A stretch of 64,000 nt of DNA from the NCBI RefSeq assembly GCF_006345805.1, contig NC_043005.1, positions 76,074,001 through 76,138,000 on the forward strand, in the 5' to 3' direction. Both the position numbers and the translations under genes were made by a program. Below, piece after piece: positions 23,860 through 36,109 of the stretch; position 1 is the stretch's first letter, and every line of letters starts with the position of its first letter. The notes below the pieces were generated by a model, which searched no databases, was not told where the DNA came from, and was given only the letters and a program-made list of their open reading frames with translations. Origin of the DNA: Octopus sinensis. Taxonomy: Eukaryota.

Positions 23860-24527
23860 CATGGTTCTCAACCATTTTTTATCAGTGTACCCCTTTGATT
23901 ACTATTTTATTCTTGTGGACCCCCATAGCCATTCAATGTTTATCAACCAGTTTTGTTGACGCTTCTTTCAAAGTACCTATTGCGTTTTCACACATTTAAC
24001 TTGTACTAGCAGTATCGCCCGGCGTTGCTCGGGTTTGTTTCGACCCTTTAGAATTGGAATTTTTGAAAAGTAAAAATTTTGCATCATGTAGCTTTTTATT
24101 CTCTTTAAGTGAACATTCTTCTGATTGAAATACACCAAATAATGGCGACACAGCAGTAAAAAAAATAGGGATTTTCATAGAAAAAAAGCACCTCTTTGAT
24201 GCAAATAATTTTTGGTGTTAACATGGTCAGAAGGAAGAGCAAGCCTTCCTCTATCATACTCTCAATTTTGGTCAACTTGCACCGCAGGGTCTCGGAGGGG
24301 ATAGTGTTAGTTGAAGGCTACCAAGCTTTATATATAGAGAGATTGGTTGAACTATGTAAAACGCTAGAGAACCTAACTGTTTCTTTAATAAATATATCTA
24401 AAGCGAAATTTTTTCATGAACTCTCAAAGTACTACTGTGGACCCAATTTACTATTTTGATTGTATGGATCCCCAAAATTTTTATATTAACCCCAAGGGGT
24501 TATATGGACGCCGTTTGAGAACCACTG
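23860..24527. mobile_element. hAT-like MITE (TIR CA(G)TGGTTCTCAA / TTGAGAACCACTG) hosting a Helitron
   Basis: Inverted termini; GGTTACAC lies next to the left end here and next to the right end of the sibling at ~37155 (possible 8-bp TSD). Confidence 0.6.
24006..24342 (-). mobile_element. Non-autonomous Helitron
   Basis: Minus strand: A|TCTCTCTATATATAAAG...CCCGAGCAACGCCGGGCGATACTGCTAG|T. Confidence 0.88.
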
Positions 24528-24734
24528 TGTCTCTTTAATGTTCTTGGTATGAAAAATACTTCTCATCTCAATTGAATAACGTCCCATATCAACCTATTTT
24601 TATGTTTTACCGTAAAACAATTATTTTTATATAGCACCGTCGAATATTTTATATTCCACTGCAAAAAGTAGGCTCTTTACGAATTAAGACGGCAACGTAG
24701 CTTACCGCAGGTCAAACCTGAAAGAGTAGAAAAT

Positions 24735-24982
24735 AAATAAATGCGCCATTTTAAAGCGCTAGCCAGGCTCATGGGCCCGGTTTCTATGGCGTATGTGTTC
24801 CCCAGCTGGACGGGACGCCAGTCCATCGCAGCATTACTCATTTTTACCAGCTGAGTGGACTGGAGCAACGTGAAATGAAGTGTTTTGCTCTACAACACAA
24901 CGCGTCTCCCTGTCCAGGAATCGAAACCACAATCTTACGATCATGATGCTAACACCCTAACCACTGAGCCACGCGCCTCCAC
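24735..24982 (-). mobile_element. tRNA-derived SINE with TSD AGAAAAT, absent from sibling unit
   Basis: Reverse complement GTGGAGGCGCGTGGCTCAGTGGTTAGGG...GGTTTCGATTCC; empty site at ~37365. Confidence 0.82.
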
Positions 24983-26159
24983 AGAAAATGTAGACTCATG
25001 GCCAAAAACTTTCTAGTTGTTACGATTCCATTTATTTGACTAGACTACTCCATCGTATTTGTCTTCTAATTTTTAAGTCAGCCGGATGCAATTTGTGGAA
25101 GATTTGGCTGTTATTTTAGCAGATTGAGCATGCTCATAGACATTTCGTTGTTGTTTCGATGGCGATGTGAAATTTCACTTTACTCGAGGCATTTCATTTA
25201 ATCAAACTTTACAACATTCCCATCTCTTTAGGCCTTTGTACACCGTAATTTACACACACATGTATAAGAGACTATTTTAAACTACGTGCAGCAACTAAGT
25301 TAAGTAACTTGGAATAAATGAGTAGCGTTGCTTTCATGAATGCAAGACATACAACGCATGTCTAAGAGATATAAATAAGAGAAAATAGCAAATAAGGATT
25401 TTATAAATCACATATTTTAATGAATGCGAGACAGCAAGAAAGATTGTACATATAAATGCTATATGTACTCTACTTCAGTTACGGTTTTTATTTTTTAAAT
25501 TACATGTTTTACCAGATTTGTAAGTCGGTTGTTTAACTTCAGGTCAGCATGATCGAGAAGACATGTGATCATAAGTATCCTAAACGTGACTAACCTGTTT
25601 TTTATTCCTTAAAATACATTGTGTATCCAGGAGGGTATTATACATTACCCATTTTTTTTAAAGACAGTAAGGTGTAAATTGGGGGAGATTTGGTTACTAT
25701 TTCGATTTACCAACGGAGGTAAAAGCTTGCTTCGGCTCGAAACAGATTGAATACAATAAAACAGAAAAGAGGCGTATGTATCTTCGTTGGTGTATTGTGA
25801 GAGAAAGTAGAAAGCTGTTAGAACTCAATACTTCCCAGCATTAGAAATGTCCGTCGGCGAAAAGATGTGGTCCACCAGAATCGTTAGAAAGCCGACCAGA
25901 ATACTCAGCGACATTTCGTCCGCATTTATATTCTGAGTTCAAATTCCACCGAAGTCGACTTTACCATTCAGTATCGATACAATAAGTACCAGTTGAACAC
26001 TGGCATTGATGAAATCATCTTAACCCCTTTTCTGAACTTGCTGGCCTTGTGCTAAAGTAGGAAGCCGATATTATTTATCTTGTCATGGATGTATGAATGA
26101 GCGTACGTACAAAGTTAAGTATTTTTAAAGTTATTAATTTTGACGGGAAAAACAATTTA

Positions 26160-26222
26160 TTTCCATGCCGGGAATCGAACCCGGACCACAGCCAGGAATC
26201 CTAACCACTAGGTCACATGGGA
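26160..26222 (-). pseudogene. tRNA-Glu pseudogene with 9-nt deletion removing the anticodon (positions 34-42)
   Basis: 63 nt; reads CCCGGACCAC-AGCCAGG where consensus has CCCGGGCCGCCTGGGTGAAAGCCAGG. Confidence 0.88.
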
Positions 26223-26670
26223 AAGACGCCTGCTAAACCTAACAGTTACTGTTTTATTAAAGATACTGCGTTATTTAACCCATTTGTTTTTGTGTGAGTG
26301 TGTAAGGCTCTGTGTGTGTGTGTGCGTGTGTGTATGCATGTGTGCACCCGTGCGAGCGTACTTGTATGCATTTGTGTTTGTGCATCCCTCTCACTCATTC
26401 TCTCTCCTCTCTCTCCCTCTGTCTGTCTGTCTCTCTCTCTCTATCTATCTATATCTATATATATTTAATACTTCTTTAGACCTAGACACATCGCTTTCAC
26501 GTCGCATTCTCTTTTATAAAAATGGTTAAAACATGATTCTTAGATCTCTCCAGAATAAAAGGGAAACCGAAATAAGTAAACAAATAAATCCAAAATCAAC
26601 TTCTATATAACTCTCAATTACATGACTGTCACTATAGATACATATTGACAGAGCAAAAAAAAAAAATCCT

Positions 26671-26742
26671 TTCCCATGCCGGGAATCGAACCCGGGCCGC
26701 CTGGGTGAAAGCCAGGAATCCTAACCACTAGACCACATGGGA
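26671..26742 (-). tRNA. tRNA-Glu-TTC: tRNA-Glu(TTC)
   Basis: Identical to consensus; upstream TATAAAACAGTAACTG. Confidence 0.97.
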
Positions 26743-28130
26743 AAGTTGCTTAGCTGACGCTGCAGTTACTGTTTTATAAAACGTGTTGCGTTATTTTACC
26801 TACTTATGTGTGTATGTGTGTGTGTTTATATCTTTTAGTATTGCCTCCTACGTGCAGGCTTGTGACTAGAACTTCCAGTGGTTACCTCCACCTGTCCTTT
26901 TCTCCACTCCCCTATCGCTGCAGGACTCGAGGTTGACATTTCGAAAACTCGACTGTACAGACACCTGTGCGTGAAGTTATTTTAAGTGGGAGAACTTTTG
27001 CACAAGGACAATCCCACTCTCTCGGTAGAAAACCGTTATGGCTGGAAACCTTTCCTGCTGCAGTGGAAGGGTAGTACCTCTGGTGGGTGAGTGGGGGTTA
27101 GTCGTTCTCTCTGGGAGTGGTTCGTCTACCTTTGGGCCCCATCTGGAATCCATCTCTCACCTGTGGCTCCAAGTAGCTGTAGCAGGCGCAGCGGCCACAT
27201 CCGGTAAACCGCTTCGACTGGCGGGCTACACCAGATGAGGATAGCCAAGGGACCTGAAACCCTGTGTGAGATACAGGACCGGCGTATTTGCTCAGCAACA
27301 GGAAGTCATTGGTACTCGTCTTCCCAACTGTATGCTTCCCTATAACCCTTTTCCACTGTTCTTCGTCCTTGCTGAATCTGGATTTGAACTTGCCAAGTAT
27401 TAGAAACTTGTCGGTGTTACGCGTGCCACGTAGTATAGTGTCCAAGTCGGCATAGAACTGCTCTCTGATCTCCTTTCGTAGTGTGTGTGTGTGTGTGTGT
27501 GTGTGTAAGTGCTTATGATGGGGAAGCGGTTGTCGCTGACAGGTAATCTTCATAAGCCCTTCATTTACGCCTGTGGGCAGGCTGGGAATCCGTTTCAAGG
27601 TGTAGACTTGATAGCGAATCCAACTCCGTATATTCTGTCCTCATGTAGGGCCTTGCTTTTCCAGAAGAAAATGTAGCCATTTCCTAATTCTGTCAGCGAC
27701 CCCTCCTCAGTCAGTCGAGTTTCACTCATAGCTGTTATGTCGATACTGTATCTCGACAGTTCTTTGGCAATGAGGGCTGTTCTTCTCTGATGCCTGGAGA
27801 CACTGTTTCGATCCTTGAGGGTACCTATATTCCATATACCAATGACTATGTTTTTCTTTCTTTGTTTGAATCGACTGCAATGGGTAAGTCATCATCTTCC
27901 TCAAGAGGCTCATCACCAGCGTCTTTGAGAGCAACTTGCCTGAAGCCCAATGTGGCTTTCACCGTGGCCACTGCACCATAGAAATGGCGTTTACTGTGCG
28001 TCAAGTCAAAGAGAAGTGTATTGAACAACAGAAGAATTCGTACAGTTCTATATTTAAGAGATGAGGAATTATGTACATTATTTACATTATTTACATTCGG
28101 CGGATATTTGTCCTCATCTTGTTTGTTGTT

Positions 28131-28176
28131 AACACAACGTTTCGGCTGATATACCCTCCAGCCTTCTTCAAGTGTC
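28131..28176 (-). ncRNA. Minimal type I hammerhead ribozyme motif (C3U variant)
   Basis: Reverse complement GACAC TTGAAGA A GGCTG-loop-CAGCC GAAAC GTT GTGTT. Confidence 0.6.
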
Positions 28177-28370
28177 TTGGGGAAATTTCGAACCTAGGTT
28201 CTCATTCCCACGAGCATATAGCGTAGTGGTTAGGAGCGCGGGCTACTAAGCCCAAGATTCCGAGTTCGATTCCAAGCAGTGACCTGAACAATAACAATAA
28301 TGATAATAATAATAATAATAACATCGAAAAATACCTTAGGAATGAGAACCCAGGTTCGAAATTTCCCCAA

Positions 28371-28416
28371 GACACCTGAAGAAGGCTGGACGGTATATCA
28401 GCCGAAACTTTGTGTT
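28371..28416 (+). ncRNA. Minimal type I hammerhead ribozyme motif (stem III mutated)
   Basis: GACAC CTGAAGA A GGCTG-loop-CAGCC GAAAC TTT GTGTT. Confidence 0.62.
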
Positions 28417-29552
28417 AACAACAAACAAGATGAGGACAAATATCTGTCGAATGTAAATAATGTAAATAATGTTGAAGTATTTGTATTCAGTGTTCATAGA
28501 CCTGACCAAAGCTTTCGACACAGAACAGAAAAGCTTTGTGGACCATCCTAACTAAGCTAGGCTGTTCATGTAAGTTCACCGCAGTGGTAAGTCTCTTCCA
28601 CGACAATGCAATCGGTCAAGTTCTCTCTCTGCAATGGGTTCTGCATCAACTCTTCCAATAGAAACAGGGCTGCGTTCTCGTCCCGTCTTGTTCAACATGT
28701 TTTTCCCGTAGGTCCGATTCCACACAACAAAAAATCTAGACCTAGGTGTATACGTCAAATATCTTTCAGACAGCTCAGCTTTCGCCCTCCAACAACTCTC
28801 TGTTCGAACCAAGACGGTGGAAAAGCTCATCGCTGAAACACTATTTGCGGATGACAGTCCCCTAATGGCACACAAGAAAAGCCAGCGGTAGATTATTGTC
28901 GCCCACTTTGCAGAAGCGTCAAAGATCTTTAGTCCAAGCAGCCCCGAACAAATGTCACCCCTGTCCAAACATCACCATTAAGGTAGTCCAGTTGAAGTGT
29001 GTATGAGAGCTTCAAGCACCTTAGCCCAATCTCAGCCCAACTACAAATTACGATCAGACTATGCATACGTATAAATAACTAGAAGCCTGTGCGATTATCG
29101 AGCTGGAATTTGAAAACTGAACCACGAGTAGACTACGTACGTATATAAGTGGTTAGAAGAGCGTGCACAAACGGTTCTTTAGCGTACACATTTTCATATT
29201 TCATATAGAAAATATTTTTGATATATTTTGTTAAAAACTTAACCATGGTTCGGGAGAAAGAAAAGGGCAAACGCACTCACAGTCGTGAGCGTGCGTGCAC
29301 ATACACACACACACACACACATACACACACACTAACATACACTAACACACACTCACATATATATTTGCACATACGTATATATTTATGTATTTGCAGTACA
29401 TGGATAGTCAAATATAACATCATTTCACGTCTTCATGTACAGTATGGATGTGACTTGGAACAGATTATCTTTATTTACATTTATTTTAACTACTCATGTG
29501 ACGAACGATTTGCTTAACGAACATAGTTCAGGAACGGATCATCTTGGTAGAA

Positions 29553-29874
29553 GCACTCGGTCGGTTACGACGACGAGGGTCCCAGCTGATACGACCAAGG
29601 GAACAGCTTGCTCATGAAAATAACGTGCAAGTGGCTGAGCACTCCACAGACACGAGTACCCTTAACGTCGTTCTCAGGGAGATTCAGCGTGACACAGAGT
29701 GTGACAAGGCCAGCCCTTTGAAATACAGGTACTACTCATTTTTCCCAGCTGAGTGGACTGGAGCAACGTGAAATAAAGTGTCTTGCACAAGGACACAACG
29801 CGTCACCGGGAATTGAACTCAAGACCTTATGATCGTGAGCCGAATGCCCTAACCACTAAGCCACTCGCCTTCAC
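29553..29874 (-). mobile_element. tRNA-derived SINE (family B tail, different head), TSD ~TCATCTTKGTA
   Basis: Reverse complement GTGAAGGCGAGTGGCTTAGTGGTTAGGG...GAGTTCAATTCCC; tail shared with 5723. Confidence 0.82.
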
Positions 29875-29966
29875 TCATCTTTGTATATAGAGATTCCACT
29901 GTGTAGCAAACTCCGAAATACTTTTCTGATACTGCAAATAAATTCTGACAGAAAAAGAAGGACGCG

Positions 29967-30025
29967 TTCCTATGCTGGCATCAAACTCAGGATGACCGGA
30001 ATCTTAATTACTTGACCACATTGGA
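29967..30025 (-). pseudogene. Highly decayed tRNA-Glu pseudogene
   Basis: TTCCTATGCTGGCATCAAACTC...GACCACATTGGA, with the family upstream motif CAGTTACTGTTTTAT. Confidence 0.6.
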
Positions 30026-30386
30026 AAGCTGGTCATGTATCCTGACAGTTACTGTTTTATCAAAAGTACCCCTTCATTTTTCCAATTTGCATGCTCTCTG
30101 TCCATGTATGCATGTATGTGTGTGTACGTATTTGTGTATGTGTGCTTTGTCCTTCTTTAGATCTTGTAATGCAGGAGTCTAAGATAATCAATCTCTTATT
30201 CTGATACATCGACATTGTTTAACAGCTTGCATCTGCTTCTTTAAAGTTGATAAATTCCACTTGATTCTTAGATCTCTCTAAAAACAACAAAAAAAAGAAG
30301 CAATCAAATTGAATGAATAAAACTGGAATTAAGTTATATGTAACACTAAATTAGATAAATTATTTCGGTAAAAAAAAAAGAATGCG

Positions 30387-30458
30387 TTCCCATGCCGGGA
30401 ATCGAACCCGGGCCGCCTGGGTGAAAGCCAGGAATCCTAACCACTAGACCACATGGGA
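30387..30458 (-). tRNA. tRNA-Glu-TTC: tRNA-Glu(TTC)
   Basis: Identical to consensus. Confidence 0.97.
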
Positions 30459-30985
30459 GAGCTGCGGGTTTAGACTACTGTTAATCATTTATAAAATATG
30501 TAACGTAATTTTATATATGTGTGTATGTTTTTGCTTTGCCTAAAAATCGGAAAAGGAAGAGTCGGAGAAGGAAGAATCAGAAGAGAAAGAGTCATCATAA
30601 TCCAGTATTTTGTTCAGGTAGCGACATTATTTATCGTGTCGTAACTGCTTTTTCATTTCTTGCCCTATCCAAAAACAAAAGAAACCAAATGAATGAATAA
30701 ATAACTAAAGAAAAAAAACGACTTCAATTACAGTGGGGTGCTTATATACGAACGGTTCTGTGAACCATAAAACATGAATATCGAGCGGTTTTTCTTTACG
30801 AAACGAAAGTCGAATATCAAACTGAAACTTCAAGGAGCTGGAACAACATGCAAACTACGCATACATACAAGTGGCTAAGCGAGCGTGTATAAAGGGTTCG
30901 TTAACGTACGCATTTGCACATGTTAAATAGAAAAATATTCTTCATATATTTTGATCATCAAAAGCAAAAGATAGTGCACCCAATC

Positions 30986-31109
30986 ATATATATGTATGTA
31001 TATATGCATATATTTATATATTATATTATATTATATTATATATATTATATCATATTATATATATTATAATATATTATATTATATTATATTATATTATATT
31101 ATATATAAT

Positions 31110-31141
<32 letters not shown>

Positions 31142-31283
31142 ATAATATATATATAATATAAATAATATATAAATATATGCATATATACATACATATATGT
31201 ATATATGTACCATATCATATATATATATATATATAATATATATATATATAATATATATATATATATCTATATATATATATATA
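30986..31283. repeat. (ATATT)n/(AT)n microsatellite
   Basis: Direct reading. Confidence 0.95.
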
Positions 31284-31597
31284 CAGCATATATAGGTACA
31301 GGACAAAAAAAAAACGTTGAACACAATGAGAAACGAAAACATAAAAACAAAAACAGAGAAAACGAACTTTTTCGTACAAAGAAAAAAACCAAACAGAGAA
31401 ACGAGACATGAAACATAGAAATATTCCCCTCATCAGTTGTCCCTGTTTCATCTACTCCGCGTTACGAAGGCAAGGACAATACGCGGATTCATTTATGTAG
31501 TCCTTCCCGCAAGCAAATTAAATAAAATTTGGATTTTTTTGCGGAGGGTGAAAGTGGTAACAAGAACAGGACAGTGAAAACAAAACAGTATATATAT

Positions 31598-31629
<32 letters not shown>

Positions 31630-31941
31630 ATATACTGTCAGTTGGGTGTGAAGTTGGGTGTAAAGTCAGTTGGGTGTGAAGTTGGGGATATTTTCAGAGA
31701 AGCACTCAATCCGAATACTGGGTTCTGTTGGAATAATGTCGGAATACTTCTGGTGTAGAAAATCCAAGTTTCTCAACGATTATACTGCCATATGGTTTGG
31801 CGAAGAGTAAATAATCTAATGAAAAGAAGGCAAAGAAAATTCTTTAACGCATCTTTAATTATTTATAAGTTACACATGCTTCCGTACCATCTCCGTTTGG
31901 AACACCAATTTACGCGAAAATTCTACAAGAGAAAATTACGT

Positions 31942-31972
<31 letters not shown>

Positions 31973-32282
31973 GTTTAGCGGTTATCGGTATTGGAGCGGC
32001 ACTTCCTCAGACTTGCATCAAAGTCATGCTATTACATTGAGCGTCTCTATCAGATCTTGTTATGAAAGTATCGTGAGGAAATGAAAAGGAAAAAAATTAA
32101 AAGTGTGTGTGTGGGATGAGTCTGTGGGGAAGAAATTATGTGGGGAGGGGGGTCAAAAGGGTGGATTCTTATAATGATAGGGGGGAGAAGGGAAGGAAGG
32201 GGAAACGAGTAGAAGGCGAAGAGAAGAATCTCGAAGAAGGAGAAAGACAAGATGGAGAAGAAAAAGAAGTAGTGGTAAAGAA

Positions 32283-32460
32283 AAGAAGAAGAAGAAGAAG
32301 AAGAAGAAGAAGAAGAAGAAGAAGAAGAAGAAGAAGAAGAATAAGAAGAAGAAGAGAGAGAAGAAGAAGAAGAAGATAAGAAGAAGAAAGAAGAAGAAGA
32401 AGAAGAAAGAAGAAGAAGAAGAGAAGAGAAAGAAGAAAGAAGAAGAAGAAGAAGAAGAAG
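32283..32460 (+). repeat. (GAA)n microsatellite
   Basis: Direct reading. Confidence 0.97.
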
Positions 32461-32933
32461 GAAAAGCTGGTGGTGTGTCAGTCAGTACAGGCAGGACCAT
32501 TGCTATCAAAATTCGCCGATGAAATACGATGTATTTAACTACACACAGGGATTAGTCCGCGACAATTTAACGTGAAAAAAAAAAATCTATTAAATAGAAA
32601 CTAGACAATTGTCCGGAGTCAAAGGATGAGGATGTAAAGATGTATGTTGTGGGGGAGGGGGGGCTAAAATTTATGACCTTAGAGCGTTTCAGCACTGGGG
32701 GAGAGGTTCAAGTAGTAATAGTAAAAGACGAACATGCATACCGAAATACACACACTCACATACGCATACACACAGACCAACACAACATGTATATATACGT
32801 ATATATATATATCGTATAATATAATCTATATATATATATATATCTTATATATATATATATATAATATGTATGAGCAATAATAAACCTCTGAACGAGGTAT
32901 AAACAGTAACTGCACGACAATGTGAGGTATACT

Positions 32934-33334
32934 TGCCATCTCAATATGGCTAACCACTAAGGGTGGGTGTTACTGTAGCTTGTAGCTCCAGGAGAGCATC
33001 GTCTCCAGCTGGCTTTAGACACACTTTCTGTGCCCTTATGGTATTTGCAAAGGGAGGTCATCCCTCCCTCGTCAACCTAAGTGATACGCACGGACTGCAG
33101 ATAAAATATTTGCATTGGGACATCCCTTCATCGAAAACCGGTGATTGTCGTACGCCGACGACAGGTCAATACCTAGAAACTGGAGTCCGTGCGTATCACT
33201 TAGGTTGACGAAGGAGGATGACTCCCTTTGCAAATACCATAAGGACACAGAAGTGTGCCTAAAGCCAGCTGGAGACGATGATCTCCATGGGGCTAAAAGC
33301 TACAGTAACACCACCCTTAGTGGTTAGGCATATA

Positions 33335-33340
<6 letters not shown>
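32934..33340. mobile_element. Foldback/MITE with ~155-bp inverted arms and ~80-bp spacer
   Basis: 32944-33100 is the reverse complement of ~33180-33334 (ATATGGCTAACCACTAAGGGTGG...GATACGCACGGACT). Confidence 0.85.
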
Positions 33341-33376
<36 letters not shown>

Positions 33377-33384
33377 CATCCAAT

Positions 33385-33429
<45 letters not shown>

Positions 33430-33656
33430 TACATACATACATGTATACTTGCACAGACACACATATAATATCTTATATATAAATACATACAGACATAACA
33501 TACATACATAATAAATACATATATAACTATTACACACACAGATATACATACATTTACCTACACATACACATATACACGTACATACCTAAATAAACATAAC
33601 ACACATATGTATATATATATAATATATATATATATATATTATATATATATATGTAT

Positions 33657-33714
<58 letters not shown>

Positions 33715-33740
33715 ATATATACACATACATATATATATAT
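33336..33740. repeat. (AT)n/(ATAC)n low-complexity tract
   Basis: Direct reading. Confidence 0.95.
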
Positions 33741-33892
33741 CTGTGGCTTGGAACGGAGTATCCTATTTTACATCTGTTTGAATTACTCATGTAACGAACA
33801 ATTTGCTTAACAAACAGAGATCCCGCTGTATAGGGAATCTGAAGTACTTTTCTGACACTACTAGCAAATTATAATAGAAAAAAAAGGATGCT

Positions 33893-33949
33893 TGCCCATG
33901 CCGAGATTGAACTTAGAGGCCCAGATCCTAACTGCTAGATCACATTGGA
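33893..33949 (-). pseudogene. Highly decayed tRNA-Glu pseudogene
   Basis: CCCATGCCGAGATTGAAC...ATCCTAACTGCTAGATCACATTGGA. Confidence 0.6.
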
Positions 33950-34527
33950 AAGCTGATCACTGTTTATCAAAAGTACTGCTTTATTTTCCAATTGGCGTCT
34001 GTGTACGTATTTGTGTGTGTGAGTGTGTGTTTTGTTCTTCTTTAGATCAAGTAATCCAATCTAATTCTGATATATCGACGTTGTTTAACACGTTGCACCT
34101 GCTTCTTTAAAACTGGTAAATCCTACTTGATTCTTAGATTTCTCCAAAATTTGAAGGAATCAAAAGGTATGAGTGAAACTTGAATTAAGTTATATGTAAC
34201 ACTAAGCTATTTAGATAAATTCTTTCGGGGAAAACAAAGAATACAGGTTCCCACTACGAGCAGACTACGCACGAGTATAAATAACTAGGTGCCTAAGTGC
34301 ATGTATGCGTTGTTCTTTAGATTTAGCAATGCAGGAATCAGAGATAATCCATTTCTTATTCTGATATACCGACATTGTTTGACGCGTCACATCTGCTTTC
34401 TTAAAACTGGTAAATACTGTTTGTTTCATAGATCTCTCCAAAATATGAAGGAATAAAAAAAAATGGAATTGCGTCTTATGTAACACTAAATTATTTAGAT
34501 AAATTCTTTTGATAAAAAGAAAATGCG

Positions 34528-34599
34528 TTCCCATGCCGGGAATCGAACCCGGGCCGCCTGGGTGAAAGCCAGGAATCCTAACCACTAGACCACATGGGA
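34528..34599 (-). tRNA. tRNA-Glu-TTC: tRNA-Glu(TTC)
   Basis: Identical to consensus. Confidence 0.97.
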
Positions 34600-34843
34600 G
34601 AGATGCTGGCTGAACTTCACTGTCAATCATTTATAAAATGTGCAACATAATTTTATATATTTGTGTGTGTATGTCAAAGTTGTTCTTTAGTTTAAGAAAT
34701 ACAGGAGTCTAAGATAATCCATCTCTTATTCTGATAACTTGTTTAACAAATATTATTTGTTTCTTAGATTTTTCCAAAATATGAAAGAATCAAAAGGAAT
34801 GAATAAAGCTGGAATCTTACGTAACAAGAAAGTATTTAGATAA

Positions 34844-35916
34844 CAAGGCTATTTTGAATTGTGAAGACTTCCGTACCCGGATTAAGGTGTTAGTACAGAG
34901 GGCATTGTGTGGCACCATCATTAACAATAGATGGTGGCACTCCCTCAAAAGAGCCATTCGTTCAGAGTCCATTAGATTTAGCAATCAGCTAAGGTTAGAT
35001 AGGTCTAGGATAGAGGACGATTTAGTTAAGAATCTAAACGAGGCAATGGAAGCTGGCTCTGCATCCGGAGTGATGGCGGCAAGGACGGTATTGTACCGTC
35101 ACCTTAAATCCAAACACGAAGGTTGCAGAGTCAGAGCTAAGCTACGCGCTGGGAAACGAGAAGGTATTAACGTTGCCGGATGGGCGTCGGTGAGTGGAGA
35201 GTCAGAGAGGTAACAAAGCCTCTCAATCAAGTCTTTAACTGACGAACAGGGACAAAAGATCTATGGACAGGAGGAGATGCAAAAGTTTCTTCACCAGCAT
35301 TTCGCCCGCGTGTTCGGGGGTGGTGTGGGGCGGGCGGGGAGGGGAGGACCTTAAGGACTTCCTGGCCGGCGGACCGCGGCTCTCGGGGCGTGAGGTGGAG
35401 TGCTGTGTGAAGAAGCGATCACTCCCGCGGAGATAGAGAGGATACTGGCCGGATGCGCCGGGGAGAAGTCGCCGGGGTTGGATGGTCTGCCCTACGAGTT
35501 TTACCCAAAGTATGCCGGATTGTTCGGGGAATATTGGCAGGCGGTCTACACGAACTGGCAGCAGAATGGGAGAATCCCAGTTCTGTAAGCGGGGGAGTGT
35601 GACGCTAATCCAGAAAGACCCGAGCAAGGGGGGGTATAAATTAGTAAATACAGGCCCATAACTCTACTTAATGTAGAGTTAAAGATTTTGGCCAAGGTGT
35701 TGGCAAAAGGTTGACGGTTGTCGTGGAGGAAACTGTAGGGAGAGCACAGACATGTGCAATTCCAGGCAGGTCGATCCAGGACAATCTTCACCTTTACGCT
35801 ACACCTTAGATAGGGTGGGCGGGGGGGTAATGGTCCATTTAGACCAAAGTAAAGCGTTCGATAGGGTAGACCATGAGTACCTGGCGACGGTCTCGAAGCG
35901 GCTGGACTGGGCCCTG
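34844..35916 (+). mobile_element. Tx1/L1-like LINE internal fragment
   Basis: WWHSLKRAIR linker, KSPGLDGLPYEFY, YRPITLLN, DQSKAFDRVDHEYL; homologous to but diverged from 20118-22589. Confidence 0.9.
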
Positions 35917-36109
35917 AATATAAGAAATTAAACAAGAAATAGCTTACAAATTATTAAAAAAAATTTTTTTAACCCTAACCCTTTATAAAAAATAATTTAT
36001 TTACTTAGTTGTAGCATCGACTACCTACGACTAACTAGCGCGGATGCGCGAGTGCGCGCATCGGGACCATTGTTCGCTAGTAGTACCCATATATACATAC
36101 ATACATATA

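Larger units (their letters stand above)
28041..28472 (+). mobile_element. tRNA-headed, hammerhead-bearing PLE-derived element with 5' inverted partial copy
   Basis: Inverted tail 28041-28208; A/B-box head 28212-28287; (AAT)n; hammerhead 28371-28416; tail. Imperfect 12-bp TSD GAAGAATTCGTA/GAAGTATTTGTA. Confidence 0.8.
26840..29025. mobile_element. Rearranged RTE-like LINE relic (APE endonuclease on minus, RT on plus)
   Basis: Minus: WNIGTL, FYADLDTIL, KFLILG(D)F endonuclease motifs. Plus from ~27885: LPEAQCGF...FTVRQVKEKCIEQ, then FIDLTKAFD and LFADD after an insertion. Confidence 0.8.

Noticed and set aside
31290-31450. CTGATGA on the minus strand (~31425-31431) in a repeat island
   Set aside because: I could not find a matching stem II closure plus GAAAC-NUH, so no hammerhead is called.
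32107-32509. Poly-Arg/poly-Phe ORFs, and a (GAA)n tract matching the codon read by the clustered tRNA
   Set aside because: Simple microsatellite; no exon evidence. The Glu-codon coincidence has no support.
35970-35983. Telomere-like CCCTAACCCT (also ~43940 and ~55835)
   Set aside because: Only about two units, internal to a MITE family; not an interstitial telomere.
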